From an uncultured Candidatus Rokubacteria bacterium (lineage in GTDB: Bacteria > Methylomirabilota > Methylomirabilia > Rokubacteriales > CSP1-6): a stretch of 64,000 nucleotides of DNA. Within the stretch, counting starts at the first letter, position 1. Every line of letters begins with the position of its first letter. This document shows positions 18,662 to 29,148 of this stretch, in pieces. The stretch lies in assembly GCA_963754315.1 (NCBI GenBank), contig CAVWFS010000018.1:856188-920187 (forward strand), given 5' to 3'. The translations under genes were made by a program, and so were the position numbers. The notes beneath the pieces were generated by a model that saw only the letters and a list, made by a program, of their open reading frames with translations, did not search any database and was not told the origin of the DNA.

Positions 18662-19723
18662 ATGAACCTGGGCGATTGGCGCTCCAGGATTGACGACCTA
18701 GACGACCAGATCCTCAGCCTTCTCAACCAGCGCGCCGAGGCCGCCCTCCGCATCGGAGACCTCAAACGACGGCAGGACGCGCCGTCGTATGTTCCCGAGC
18801 GCGAGGCCGAGATCCTCCGCCGGCTAGCCGCGCAGAATCCCGGGCCCCTCGGCGCCGATGCCGTACGGGCCATCTGGCGGGAGATCCTGTCGGGGTGCCT
18901 CGCCCTCGAAGCCCCGCTCACGATCGCGTACCTTGGCCCTCCCGCTACCTTCACCCACCAGGCCGCCCTTCAGCGCTTCGGGTCGTCGGTACGATATCGG
19001 CCGATCCGCAATACCGCGGAGGTGTTCGACGAGGTCGAGCGCGGCCGCGCCCAGTACGGTGTCGTCCCCGTGGAAAACACCACGGGAGGGGCCGTCGACG
19101 TAACGCTCGACCGGCTCACCGATTCGAACGTCATGATCTGCGGTGAACTGACCCTCGACATTGCCCAGTACCTGCTCTCCCAGGCTGCCGATCTGGCAGA
19201 GGTCAAGCGCGTGCTGTCCCACCCCCAGGGATTGGCCCAGTGCCGCGAGTGGCTTGGCGCCAACCTGGCGGACGTGGTGCGTGAAGAAGTGGCCTCCACG
19301 GCGCTGGCGGTCGAGATTGCCGCCAGCGACCGCACGGTGGCGGCCATCGCCTCCGAGCTGGCGGGGCGGGTCTACGGTGTTCCTGTGCTGCGCGCCCGCA
19401 TCGAGGACAATCAGCACAACTCGACCCGTTTCCTCGTCATCGGCCTCTCGCCGGCCGGCCCCACCGGCCGCGACAAGACGTCGATCCTCTTCGCCATGCG
19501 CAACGAGCCGGGTACCTTGCACGGGATCCTGGCGCCGCTGGCGCGGTTGGGGATCAATCTCACCAAGATCGAGTCCCGGCCCGCCAAAGGTCGTCCGTGG
19601 GAGTACGTCATCTTTGTCGATGTCGAGGGGCACCGTGAATCTTCGGCAGTGGCGAGCGCCTTGGCCGAGATCGCCGAGCGTACCTTGTTTCTGAAAGTCC
19701 TCGGATCGTACCCGGCGGCATAA
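18662..19723 (+). CDS. pheA: Chorismate mutase/prephenate dehydratase
   Basis: RSRIDDLD (CM), YLGP..TFT, PVENT, SHPQ, NSTRF, LTKIESRP. Confidence 0.96.
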   Translation: MNLGDWRSRIDDLDDQILSLLNQRAEAALRIGDLKRRQDAPSYVPEREAEILRRLAAQNPGPLGADAVRAIWREILSGCLALEAPLTIAYLGPPATFTHQAALQRFGSSVRYRPIRNTAEVFDEVERGRAQYGVVPVENTTGGAVDVTLDRLTDSNVMICGELTLDIAQYLLSQAADLAEVKRVLSHPQGLAQCREWLGANLADVVREEVASTALAVEIAASDRTVAAIASELAGRVYGVPVLRARIEDNQHNSTRFLVIGLSPAGPTGRDKTSILFAMRNEPGTLHGILAPLARLGINLTKIESRPAKGRPWEYVIFVDVEGHRESSAVASALAEIAERTLFLKVLGSYPAA

Positions 19724-19733
19724 GGAGAGAGCA

Positions 19734-20846
19734 TTGAACACGCAGTGGGAGTCGCTCGCCAACGAACACATCCTGGGGATCGAGCCCTACGAGCCCGGCA
19801 AGCCCATTGAGGAGCTCGAGCGTGAGCTGGGAATCCACGATGCCATCAAGCTGGCCTCGAACGAAAATCCACTCCCGCCGTCCGCTCGTGTGCAGAAGGC
19901 GATCGAGGCCGCCATCCCCCAGCTCAACCGCTATCCAGACGGGAGCGGGTTCTACCTGCGCCAGGCGCTCGCCAAGAAGCACGGGGTGACTGCCGAGCAG
20001 ATCGTGATCGGCAGCGGGTCCAACGAGCTGATCGAGCTTGTCGTGCACACCTTCGTCAAACCTGGCGACGAGGCCGTCGTCCCCCATCCGTCGTACGTCG
20101 TGTACCCGATGGTCGTGCAGGCGGCGGGGGGCATCCGGGTCATGGTCATGCTGAAGGACTACCGCCTCGACCTGGAGGCGATGGCTCGAGCCGTCACCCC
20201 CACCACCAAGCTCGTGTTCGTCGCCAATCCGAACAATCCCACGGCCACGATCGTCACCGCGGACGAGGTGGAGCGGTTCATGGCGCGCGTTCCGGACCGC
20301 ACCATCGTTGCTTTTGACGAGGCCTACATGGAGTTCGCTCTCGGCCCCGACTTCCCTGACACCCTCAACTACGTCAAGCAGGGCCGCAAGGTGGTCGTAC
20401 TGCGGACCTTCTCGAAGGCGGCAAGCTTGGCCGGGCTCCGGGTCGGTTACGGTGTCGCCGATGCCGACGCGGTCGCTCTGATGAACCGAATCCGCCAGCC
20501 GTTCAACGTGAATGCGCTGGCACAGGTGGCGGCGCTGGCGGCCCTGGACGACGAAGCCCACACGCTCGAGTGTGTGCGCATGATCGAGGCGGGTCGCCAC
20601 TTCCTCTACGACGGATTCCAGACGCTCGGCCTTCGCTACGTCCCTTCCCGGGCCAACTTCGTGCTGGTTGACGTGGGCAGAAACGCGGGAACCTTCTTCA
20701 AGAAGCTATTGCGGGAGGGTGTCATCGTCCGTCCCATGACCTCGTTCGGGATGGAGACCACTCTGCGGGTGAGCGTGGGGACTCCTGAAGAGAATCGTCG
20801 CCTGATCAAGGCCCTGCAGGTGGTGCTGGCGGCCGGCGCGAAGTGA
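19734..20846 (+). CDS. hisC: Histidinol-phosphate aminotransferase
   Basis: PYEPGKP, KLASNENP, RYPD, NPNNPT, DEAY, RTFSK..LAGLRVGY. Confidence 0.95.
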   Translation: MNTQWESLANEHILGIEPYEPGKPIEELERELGIHDAIKLASNENPLPPSARVQKAIEAAIPQLNRYPDGSGFYLRQALAKKHGVTAEQIVIGSGSNELIELVVHTFVKPGDEAVVPHPSYVVYPMVVQAAGGIRVMVMLKDYRLDLEAMARAVTPTTKLVFVANPNNPTATIVTADEVERFMARVPDRTIVAFDEAYMEFALGPDFPDTLNYVKQGRKVVVLRTFSKAASLAGLRVGYGVADADAVALMNRIRQPFNVNALAQVAALAALDDEAHTLECVRMIEAGRHFLYDGFQTLGLRYVPSRANFVLVDVGRNAGTFFKKLLREGVIVRPMTSFGMETTLRVSVGTPEENRRLIKALQVVLAAGAK

Positions 20847-21691
20847 TCCCTCGTCTCGTCATCGTCGGGGTCGGGCTCCTCGGTGGCTCCGTCGCCAAAG
20901 CGGCGCGGGCCCGTGGGCTGGCGCGTACGATCGTGGGGGTGGGGCGTGACCAGACACGACTGGCCGATGCCCTCCACGACGGCGCGCTCGATCAGGCCAC
21001 CACGGACCTGTCGGTCGGTCTGCGCGGGGCGGACCTGGTGGTGCTCGCCGCGCCGGTGCTCACCATCGAGCGGCTGCTCGGGTCGGTAGCGTCCGCTGTC
21101 GGCCCGGAGACGCTGGTGACCGACGTCGGGAGTACGAAGGGGAGCATCGTGCGCGCGGCGGACACTCTGGCGACTTCACGACCGTTCACCTTCGTGGGGA
21201 GTCATCCGATGGCCGGCTCGGAGCGCGCCGGCTATGCGGTGGCGCGGGCCGACCTCTTCCAGGGGGCCACCGTGATCGTCACCCCGACCGACGCGACGAT
21301 CCCCCGCGCGACGAAAGAGGTCAGCGCCTTGTGGGAGGGGCTGGGGGCACGGGTGAGCCACCTGGACCCCGGCACCCACGACCGAGTGGTTGCGGCCATC
21401 AGTCATCTTCCCCACTTGGCCGCCTTCGCCCTCGTGGCGGGAGCCCACCGCTTCGAGCCGCCGGCCCTCGGTTTCGCCGCGCGTGGCTTCCGTGACACGA
21501 CGCGGGTGGCGGCCTCGGATCCTGTAGTCTGGCAGGAAATCTTCCACGGTAACCGCGCGGCGTTGCTGGCCAGCCTCCGGAGCTTTCGGGATATGCTCGA
21601 CGAAGTTGAGCGCCTGGTGGTGGCCGACGATGTCGGTGCGCTCCAGGCGTGGCTGGCCGAGGTCAAGGCGCTCCGCGAGACTGTCCAATGA
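20843..21691 (+). CDS. tyrA: Prephenate/arogenate dehydrogenase
   Basis: GVGLLGGS, TDVGSTK, SHPMAGSE, HD...AAISHLPH, GFRDTTRVA. Confidence 0.93.
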   Translation: MIPRLVIVGVGLLGGSVAKAARARGLARTIVGVGRDQTRLADALHDGALDQATTDLSVGLRGADLVVLAAPVLTIERLLGSVASAVGPETLVTDVGSTKGSIVRAADTLATSRPFTFVGSHPMAGSERAGYAVARADLFQGATVIVTPTDATIPRATKEVSALWEGLGARVSHLDPGTHDRVVAAISHLPHLAAFALVAGAHRFEPPALGFAARGFRDTTRVAASDPVVWQEIFHGNRAALLASLRSFRDMLDEVERLVVADDVGALQAWLAEVKALRETVQ

Positions 21692-22368
21692 GTGAGCGCG
21701 AGCCAGTGGTGACCATCGACGGGCCCGCCGGAGCGGGCAAGAGCACGGCGGCGCGCGCGCTCGCGGAGCGCCTCGGGTATCGGTTCCTCGACACGGGGAG
21801 CATGTACCGTGCGGTGGCCTGGAGCGTGGCCAGCGACGGAGTCCCTCCGGTGGATGGTCCGGCCCTGCGCCACCATCTCGCCCGCCTCACAATCGCGCTG
21901 GACGGTGGCCGCATTCGGGTGAGTGGCCGTGACGTGACGGACGAGATTCGCACACCTGAGATCAGCGAGCTCACGTCGCGTCTGACCATGTTGGCTGTCG
22001 TGCGTGACAAGGTCACACCGCTGCAACGGGCGCTCGCCGCCCCCGGTGGGGTGGTTCTGGAGGGGCGCGACACCGGCACCGTGGTGTGCCCAGATGCGGA
22101 CGTGAAGTTCTACCTCGACGCCTCGCTGGAGACGCGAGCGCTGCGCCGACAGTCCGAGCTGCAAGCGCGTGGCCTGAGGGTGGGGCTTGAGGCGGTCCGC
22201 GAGCAGGTCCGCGCCCGCGACCGGCAAGACAGCGAACGGGAATTGGCCCCGCTGCGCTGCGCTCCCGACGCCATCCGGCTCGACACCAGCGCGCTCACGG
22301 CGGCACAGGTGGTGGAGATCATGACGCAGGCCGTAGAAAGGCGACGAATGTGCTGTACGAGTTCCTGA
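21688..22368 (+). CDS. cmk: Cytidylate kinase
   Basis: IDGPAGAGKST, LDTGSMYR, EGRDTGTVV. Confidence 0.96.
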   Translation: MSEREPVVTIDGPAGAGKSTAARALAERLGYRFLDTGSMYRAVAWSVASDGVPPVDGPALRHHLARLTIALDGGRIRVSGRDVTDEIRTPEISELTSRLTMLAVVRDKVTPLQRALAAPGGVVLEGRDTGTVVCPDADVKFYLDASLETRALRRQSELQARGLRVGLEAVREQVRARDRQDSERELAPLRCAPDAIRLDTSALTAAQVVEIMTQAVERRRMCCTSS

Positions 22369-23051
22369 AGCCATTCGCCGTCTTGCTGATGCGATGGATG
22401 TTCGGCCTCACCAGCGTGGGGCGGCACCACGTGCCCGCCACCGGACCGGTCCTGGTGGTATCGAATCACTCGAGTGTTCTCGATCCTGCATTGGTCGGAG
22501 GCGCCGCTGCGCGGCAACTCTCCTTCCTCGCCAAGGCGGAGCTGTTCGAGATCCCGGGATTCGGGCGGCTCATCCGGGGCCTCAACGCGCGGCCGCTCAG
22601 GCGGGAGGGCGCCGACGCCTCGGCTTTACGCGAAGCTCTGCGCATACTGAAGGAGGGGCGGGCGCTCCTCGTTTTTCCGGAGGGGACGCGGGGGCCAGAG
22701 GGGGAGCTGCGCGCCCCCAAGGCAGGAGCGGGGATGCTGGCCGTGCTGAGCGGCGCTCCGGTGGTGCCGGTCTACATCAGCGGATCAGGTGAGGCGTGGC
22801 CTCGGGGCCGTCGCTTCCCGCGACGGAGCCGGGTGACGGTTACCTTCGGCGCCCCGCTGGTCTTCGCGGCGGATGAGCTGACGGCGCGAAAGGAACGCTA
22901 TGCGGAGGCCACCCAGGCCATGATGCGTGCCATCGCGCGCCTGCGCGATCAAGTCATCGGCACCGCCCCGGCAGACCGGTTACCATTGGAGCACGTCCAG
23001 GCGACGGGCGGGGCGGGCGCGGCGGCCCAGAGCCCGACCCACAATACCTAG
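22350..23051 (+). CDS. plsC: 1-acyl-sn-glycerol-3-phosphate acyltransferase
   Basis: NHSSVLD, FLAKAEL, FPEGTR. Confidence 0.9.
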   Translation: MLYEFLKPFAVLLMRWMFGLTSVGRHHVPATGPVLVVSNHSSVLDPALVGGAAARQLSFLAKAELFEIPGFGRLIRGLNARPLRREGADASALREALRILKEGRALLVFPEGTRGPEGELRAPKAGAGMLAVLSGAPVVPVYISGSGEAWPRGRRFPRRSRVTVTFGAPLVFAADELTARKERYAEATQAMMRAIARLRDQVIGTAPADRLPLEHVQATGGAGAAAQSPTHNT

Positions 23052-23067
23052 GGGAGGAAGCAGCGGT

Positions 23068-24786
23068 ATGGAGAAGGACGAGACTGGCGCCCGTCCGGGC
23101 GCGGCGCGAAAGGAGGTGGCCCGAGAGGCCGAGGAGCGCATGGAGGATTGGTACCGGGAAGGGGCCACCACCGAGGTCGAAGAGGGCGAGGTCGTGCGCG
23201 GCCGCGTCGTTCATATCGGGACGAGCGAGGTCCTCGTTGACGTCGGGTACAAGAGCGAAGGGGCCATTCCCATCGACGAGTTCCATCGAAGCGGCTCGTT
23301 GCCTCGGGTCGGCGACGAGATCGAGGTCTATCTCGAGGCCAAGGAAGACGCCGAGGGCTTGATCGTCCTCTCCAAGGACAAGGCCGACAAGATCAAGGTC
23401 TGGGACGCCGTCACCCGCGCCTACGAACGCGGCGCGCCCGTCGAAGGCCGGATCGTGGAGGTCGTGAAGGGGGGCCTGGCGGTGGACGTCGGGGTAAAAG
23501 CGTTCCTTCCCGGCTCCCAGGTGGATCTGCGTCCGATCAAGAATCTCGGCTCCATGCTGGGCCAGACGATCCGGGCCAAGGTCATCAAGCTGAATCGCCG
23601 CCGGGGCAACGTGGTGCTGTCTCGGCGAACCCTCCTGGAGGAGGAGCGCGACGAGAAGAAGAAGCACACGCTCGAGGTCCTGGCCGAGGGGATGGCGATG
23701 ACGGGCGTGGTCAAGAACCTGACTGACTACGGGGCCTTCGTCGACCTCGGCGGGATCGACGGTCTGCTGCATGTGACCGACATGTCGTGGGGTCGGGTCG
23801 GGCACCCGTCGGAAATCTTCCAGATCGGCGATCAGATCGAGGTGGTCGTGCTCCACTTCGATCGCGACACGGGTCGGGTGTCGCTCGGGTATAAGCAGAA
23901 ATCGTCCGATCCATGGGAGCGTGTGGAACAGACGTACCCACCCGGGACCAAGATTCACGGGCGCGTGGTGAGCCTCACCAACTACGGCGCCTTCGTGGAA
24001 CTCGAGCCGGGGGTGGAGGGTCTCGTCCACGTGTCCGAGATGTCATGGACCCGCCGCGTGCGCCACCCCTCGAAGATCGTCAACGTCGGTGACGAGATCG
24101 ACGTGGTCGTGCTCGAAGTCAACAAGCAGGCCAAGCGGATCTCGCTCGGGATGAAACAGGTCGAGGCCGATCCCTGGGAGACGATCGACGAGCGCTACCG
24201 GCCCGGCGAGCGGATCATGGGCAAGGTGCGCAACCTCACGGACTTCGGGGCCTTCGTGGAACTAGAGGCGGGGGTCGACGGGTTGTTGCATATCTCCGAC
24301 ATGTCCTGGACCCGCAACGTCGGCCACCCGTCGGAGATCCTCAAGAAGGGCCAAGACATCGAGACCCAAATCCTCAACGTCGATCGCGACAACAAGCGCA
24401 TCAGCCTCGGGCTCAAGCAGATCCAGCCCGATCCGTGGGCCACCGTCGCCCAGCGCTACCCGATGGGCTCCCGGGTGATCGGGAAAGTCGTCCGGTTGAC
24501 GGACTTTGGCGCTTTCGTGGAGCTGGAGCCGGGTGTCGATGGGCTCCTGCACATCTCGCAGATGTCCGGTCGCACGATTACTCGGCCCGACGAACTGGTG
24601 ACGGTGGGCGACGAGTTGACCTTGTTGGTCATCCGCGTCGATCCCCACGAGCGCCGCATCGGGCTCAGCTTGAAAGAGCTCGCGCATGCGATCGAGCCGC
24701 CGCGCGAGATCGACGACCGCGGTCAGGGCCGCCGTGGACGACGAGGCAAGCAGCGGGACGACTACGACTACGACGACGAGAACTAG
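23068..24786 (+). CDS. rpsA: 30S ribosomal protein S1
   Basis: Six S1 repeats (YGAFVDLGG, FGAFVELE..VDGLLH); GGAGG SD upstream. Confidence 0.97.
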   Translation: MEKDETGARPGAARKEVAREAEERMEDWYREGATTEVEEGEVVRGRVVHIGTSEVLVDVGYKSEGAIPIDEFHRSGSLPRVGDEIEVYLEAKEDAEGLIVLSKDKADKIKVWDAVTRAYERGAPVEGRIVEVVKGGLAVDVGVKAFLPGSQVDLRPIKNLGSMLGQTIRAKVIKLNRRRGNVVLSRRTLLEEERDEKKKHTLEVLAEGMAMTGVVKNLTDYGAFVDLGGIDGLLHVTDMSWGRVGHPSEIFQIGDQIEVVVLHFDRDTGRVSLGYKQKSSDPWERVEQTYPPGTKIHGRVVSLTNYGAFVELEPGVEGLVHVSEMSWTRRVRHPSKIVNVGDEIDVVVLEVNKQAKRISLGMKQVEADPWETIDERYRPGERIMGKVRNLTDFGAFVELEAGVDGLLHISDMSWTRNVGHPSEILKKGQDIETQILNVDRDNKRISLGLKQIQPDPWATVAQRYPMGSRVIGKVVRLTDFGAFVELEPGVDGLLHISQMSGRTITRPDELVTVGDELTLLVIRVDPHERRIGLSLKELAHAIEPPREIDDRGQGRRGRRGKQRDDYDYDDEN

Positions 24787-24790
24787 GCCG

Positions 24791-25678
24791 GTGGCGAGGC
24801 GGGCGGCCGTCATCGGCGTGAGCCTGCTCGTCTACCTCGTCGTCGCCGCGCTCTTCGTGGGGATCCTTCGCTCGTGGACACAGCCGGGGGGCGAAGGCTT
24901 TGCCTTCGGGCCACGGGTGGCTGTTGTCGAGCTCGAGGGCATCATCGTCGACACCAGTGACCTCGTTCGCGACCTGCAGCAACACCGCACGAATCCGCTG
25001 GTGCGGGCGGTGGTCATCAGGATCAACAGCCCGGGGGGGGTGGTGGCGCCGACTCAGGAGCTGCACACCGCCCTCGTGCGGCTCCGCGAAGCCGGTAAGC
25101 CCGTGGTGGCGTCCTTGGGGGCCGTGGCCGCCTCCGGCGGCTATTACGTGGCGGTGGCCGCCGACCGGATCTACGCGAACCCGGGAACGGTGACTGGCTC
25201 CATCGGCGTCATCATGCAGATGGCCAATCTCGAGAACCTTTTCAAGAAGGTCGGCGTGGACTGGGTGGTCGTGAAGTCGGGGCAGTTCAAGGACATTGGT
25301 AACGTGGCGCGGCCCATGACCCTGGAGGAGCGCCGCCTCCTGCAGGCGGTGCTCGATGACGTGCATGGGCAGTTCGTGACGGCCATCGCGAACGGGCGAA
25401 AGATGGATCAGGCCCAAGTCGTGACCATGGCAGACGGCCGGATCTTCTCGGGCGCCCAAGCGAAGGCCAACCAGATGATCGACGAGCTCGGTGGCCTGGA
25501 GGATGCCTTGAACGGCGCCGCTTCGCTGGCTGGCTTGCCGAGTCCGCCTCGCCTTCTGCTTCCCCGGCGCCGTTTTTCGATCTCGGAGTTTATCCGTAAC
25601 CAGTTCGGGATTCCCGGGCTGGCCATCCTGCGGCCCGAGTTACCAGTGTTCAAGACCCCCCTTTACCTGATGGATTAA
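24791..25678 (+). CDS. sppA: Signal peptide peptidase SppA (S49, short form)
   Basis: N-terminal TM; RINSPGG, AASGGYY, TGSIGV, KSGQFKD, ADGRIF. Confidence 0.92.
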   Translation: MARRAAVIGVSLLVYLVVAALFVGILRSWTQPGGEGFAFGPRVAVVELEGIIVDTSDLVRDLQQHRTNPLVRAVVIRINSPGGVVAPTQELHTALVRLREAGKPVVASLGAVAASGGYYVAVAADRIYANPGTVTGSIGVIMQMANLENLFKKVGVDWVVVKSGQFKDIGNVARPMTLEERRLLQAVLDDVHGQFVTAIANGRKMDQAQVVTMADGRIFSGAQAKANQMIDELGGLEDALNGAASLAGLPSPPRLLLPRRRFSISEFIRNQFGIPGLAILRPELPVFKTPLYLMD

Positions 25679-25712
25679 TCGTCGCGAGCTGTCTCATAAA
25701 TGCCTGGGAAGT

Positions 25713-25742
25713 TTGACATTCTTCCTGGCGACATGCTACGGT
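25713..25742 (+). promoter_or_regulatory. Probable promoter of ihfB
   Basis: TTGACA 25713-18, extended -10 TGcTACGGT 25734-42. Confidence 0.45.
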
Positions 25743-25783
25743 CCCTTCGGGTTGTCGCCGATACGGAGGAAACGGAGTGGAAG

Positions 25784-26059
25784 ATGACCAAAGCGGAGTT
25801 GATTGACGAAGTTTCCCGGTTGTCCAATCTGACCAAGAAGGAAACGGAAACGATCGTCAACACTATCTTCGACAACATCACGGATGCCCTTGCGCAAGGC
25901 GACAAGGTCGAGCTTCGGGGGTTCGGGAGCTTCCGGATCCGCCAGCGGAACTCCCGCAAGGGACGGAATCCCAAGACGGGCTCCACGGTCGCCGTGCCCG
26001 AAAAGCGCGTCCCCTTCTTCAAGGTGGGCAAGCGCCTGCGCGAGCTCGTCAACACCTGA
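25784..26059 (+). CDS. ihfB: Integration host factor beta
   Basis: MTKAELI, VELRGFGSF, GRNPKTG, VPFFKVGK; canonical rpsA-sppA-ihfB context. Confidence 0.92.
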   Translation: MTKAELIDEVSRLSNLTKKETETIVNTIFDNITDALAQGDKVELRGFGSFRIRQRNSRKGRNPKTGSTVAVPEKRVPFFKVGKRLRELVNT

Positions 26060-26075
26060 TCGGTCGTCTCCAGGA

Positions 26076-26558
26076 GTGGATCGCCTCTGGGCGCCCTGGC
26101 GGATGGTGTACCTGAGTACAGACCCGGCGCCGTCGTCCCCTTGCTTTCTCTGCGACGCTCGAACCGCATCCGATGACCGCGCGGGCCTTGTCTTGGCACG
26201 GCGCGGCGGTGCGTTCCTCGTGCTCAACGCCTATCCCTACGCCGCGGGTCATCTCATGGCCGTGATCAACTCTCACGTGGGCGCCATCGCGCGCGTCGAT
26301 ACCGCAGAGCTGGAGGACGCGATGGCCCTCGTGCAGCGAGCGACGACGGCGCTCATCGCGGAATACCGTGCCGATGGATTCAATATCGGACTCAACCAGG
26401 GGAGGGTGGCGGGAGCCGGCGTGCCGGATCATCTGCATATCCACGTCGTACCGCGCTGGCAGGGGGACCTCAACTTCATGCCGGTTCTCGGCGAAGTTCG
26501 CGTGATGCCCGAGACACTCGAGCGCACCTGGGAGCGCCTACGAGGACAGCTTGCCTGA
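26076..26558 (+). CDS. HIT-family nucleotide hydrolase (Ap4A phosphorylase-like)
   Basis: LWAPWRM, LNAYPY..GHL, GFNIGLN, HLHIHVVPRW. Confidence 0.92.
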   Translation: MDRLWAPWRMVYLSTDPAPSSPCFLCDARTASDDRAGLVLARRGGAFLVLNAYPYAAGHLMAVINSHVGAIARVDTAELEDAMALVQRATTALIAEYRADGFNIGLNQGRVAGAGVPDHLHIHVVPRWQGDLNFMPVLGEVRVMPETLERTWERLRGQLA

Positions 26559-29148
26559 AACTCCCTTCGCAGCCACGCCGATGATGCGGCAGTACCACGA
26601 GCTGAAAGGGCGCTACCCGGATTTCATGCTGCTCTTTCGGCTCGGTGATTTCTACGAGATGTTCTTCGAGGACGCCCAGCGTGGAGCGCGCCTGCTGCAG
26701 ATCGCCCTCACCTCCCGCCAAGGGGCGCCCATGGCCGGAATCCCGCATCACGCCGCCGAGGGCTATATCGGACGGCTGGTGAAGGCCGGCCAGAAGATCG
26801 CCGTGTGCGAGCAGCTGGAGGTTCCGGGCAAGGGCAAGAAGCTGCTACGCCGCGACGTCGTGCGGGTCATCACCCCGGGGACGATCACGGACACCGCCTA
26901 CCTGCCGAGCGCCGCCAACAACTTCCTGCTAGCCGTCGTGCCCGGGGCCGAGGCCGACCGGCGCCGGGTACGCGGCGCCGCTCTCCTGGACGTGTCGACG
27001 GGGGACTTCTGGACGGGGGAGGATACCGGGGAGGAGGATGGTGTCCTCGCGGCCGCCCTGCTGCGGCGGCCCGCGGAGATTCTCCTGCCGGAACCGGTGC
27101 GTCAGTCCAACCCTCATCTCCTGGCGCGACTCGAGGCGGTGGGGGCCGCGCTGACGTTTTGCGGTTCACCGGTGCCCCCGCCTCGCCAGGCGGCCGAAGC
27201 GCTTCGCACGCAGTTCGGGCCCACGTCGCTCGACGCCTTCGGGCTGGCCGGGATGACAGCGGGCCTCCAGGCCGCCTCGGTGGCCCTGGATTACGCGCGA
27301 TCGACGCAGGGGGCCTCCTCGCTTGCTCATCTCACCCGGGTGCAGCGGCTAGCACCGGCCGACGCCGTGGCGCTGGACGAGACGGCCGTGCGCACCTTGG
27401 AGCTTCTGGAGAGCGCCAGCGGCAGTGCCCGCTCCTCGCTGCTCGAGGTGCTGGACGTCACCGTGACCCCGATGGGCGCCCGTCTGTTGCGCCAGTGGCT
27501 ACTCCGGCCGCTCGTCGATCCGACCGCGATCGAAGCCCGTCAGGCTGGCGTGAGCGCGCTCGTCGAGGACCCGGCCGTCCGCGCTGCTCTCCGCCGCACT
27601 CTCGGTGGTCTCGGCGACCTCGAGCGCCTGACCAGCCGGGCCACCCTCGGCACTGCTCACGCCCGAGATCTGGTCGGACTGCGGGCTTCGCTGGCTGTGC
27701 TCCCGGCCGTGCGCGAGGCGGTACCCAACGCGTCGGTACCGTGCCTGGCGGATGCCCTCGCGCAGATCAATCTTCTGACGCCACTTCGGCAGATGCTGGA
27801 GGCGGCGCTCGTGGATGACCCACCGCTCGTCCTCCACGACGGCGGTCTCATCCGCGAGGGCTGGAGTGACGCCCTGCTCGCCATCGTGGAGGATGCCCGC
27901 GAGGCACGGGCATGGATCGCCGGCCTCGAGGAACGCGAGCGTGTGCGCACGGGCCTGACAGGGCTTCGCGTGCGCTTCAACCGTGTGTTCGGGTATGGCA
28001 TCGAGGTTACGCGAGCCCAGGCCGAGCGTGTGCCGGAACACTACGTGCGCCGGCAGACGTTGACGACCGGCGAGCGGTTCGTCACCCAGGATCTCAAGGA
28101 ATACGAGGCCAAGGTCCTCGGCGCCGACGCACGGCAGCGTCGGCTCGAGTACGAGCTGTTCGAGGAGATCCGGCGGCAAGTGGCCAGGGAGTCAGCGGCC
28201 CTGCTCGCCACCGCACGGGCGCTCGCTCTCCTCGACGTGATGTCCGCCCTGGCGGAGGTCGCCCACGTCCGCGGCCACACCCGGCCGTTCGTGGATCGCA
28301 GTGATACCCTGCTGATCGTCGACGGCCGCCACCCGGTCCTGGAGGCGCGCGGGGAAGGACCCGTCACTCCCAACGATCTGTCCCTCGACGAGGGCACGCG
28401 GATCATGATCCTGACCGGGCCCAATATGGCGGGCAAGTCCGTCTACCTTCGTCAGACGGGGCATATCGTGCTCATGGCTCAAATCGGCGCTTTCGTGCCG
28501 GCGCGCGAGGCCCGCATCGGCGTGATCGACCGGCTGTTCACGCGGGTCGGTGCCCAGGACAATCTCGCCCGCGGGCAGAGCACGTTCCTGGTGGAGATGG
28601 TAGAGACGGCGACCATCCTGCACAACGTGACGCCGCGCAGCCTTGTTCTCCTCGACGAGGTCGGACGAGGTACGTCCACCTTCGATGGGCTGGCCATCGC
28701 GTGGGCGGTGGTAGAGGCTCTCCACGATCGCGCCCCTGGCCCCAAGGTGCTCTGCGCTACCCACTTCCACGAGCTGACCCGGCTGGCCGACCAGCGGCCC
28801 GGCGTGCGGAACTTTCACGTCGCGGTGCGCGAGTGGAACGACGAGATCGTCTTCCTCCACAAGGTCCGTCCAGGCGGGACGGATCGCAGCTACGGCGTCC
28901 AAGTCGCGCGGCTGGCGGGGCTTCCGGCCTCTGTGATCGTGCGCGCGCGGGCACTCCTGGCCGAGTTCGAGCGCGAACGCGAACGGCGGCTCGACACGGG
29001 CGATGCCGCCCAGCTTGGGCTCTTCGCGCCCACCGAGCATCCATTTGCCGCGGAGCTGGCCGCTCTGGATCTTGCTCACGTCACACCCATCGAGGCGCTC
29101 AACCTGCTGGCCAAATGGCAGGAGCGTGCACGGCCGGCGCGCCCATGA
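26551..29148 (+). CDS. mutS: DNA mismatch repair protein MutS
   Basis: TPMMRQY, GDFYEMF, TGPNMAGKS, STFLVEM, DEVGRGTST, ATHFHEL; C-terminal QLGLF. Confidence 0.97.
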   Translation: MPETPFAATPMMRQYHELKGRYPDFMLLFRLGDFYEMFFEDAQRGARLLQIALTSRQGAPMAGIPHHAAEGYIGRLVKAGQKIAVCEQLEVPGKGKKLLRRDVVRVITPGTITDTAYLPSAANNFLLAVVPGAEADRRRVRGAALLDVSTGDFWTGEDTGEEDGVLAAALLRRPAEILLPEPVRQSNPHLLARLEAVGAALTFCGSPVPPPRQAAEALRTQFGPTSLDAFGLAGMTAGLQAASVALDYARSTQGASSLAHLTRVQRLAPADAVALDETAVRTLELLESASGSARSSLLEVLDVTVTPMGARLLRQWLLRPLVDPTAIEARQAGVSALVEDPAVRAALRRTLGGLGDLERLTSRATLGTAHARDLVGLRASLAVLPAVREAVPNASVPCLADALAQINLLTPLRQMLEAALVDDPPLVLHDGGLIREGWSDALLAIVEDAREARAWIAGLEERERVRTGLTGLRVRFNRVFGYGIEVTRAQAERVPEHYVRRQTLTTGERFVTQDLKEYEAKVLGADARQRRLEYELFEEIRRQVARESAALLATARALALLDVMSALAEVAHVRGHTRPFVDRSDTLLIVDGRHPVLEARGEGPVTPNDLSLDEGTRIMILTGPNMAGKSVYLRQTGHIVLMAQIGAFVPAREARIGVIDRLFTRVGAQDNLARGQSTFLVEMVETATILHNVTPRSLVLLDEVGRGTSTFDGLAIAWAVVEALHDRAPGPKVLCATHFHELTRLADQRPGVRNFHVAVREWNDEIVFLHKVRPGGTDRSYGVQVARLAGLPASVIVRARALLAEFERERERRLDTGDAAQLGLFAPTEHPFAAELAALDLAHVTPIEALNLLAKWQERARPARP

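Noticed and set aside
23700..24680. Recurring ~260-bp-spaced similar sequences
   Set aside because: These are S1-domain repeats of rpsA, not a repeat array or CRISPR.
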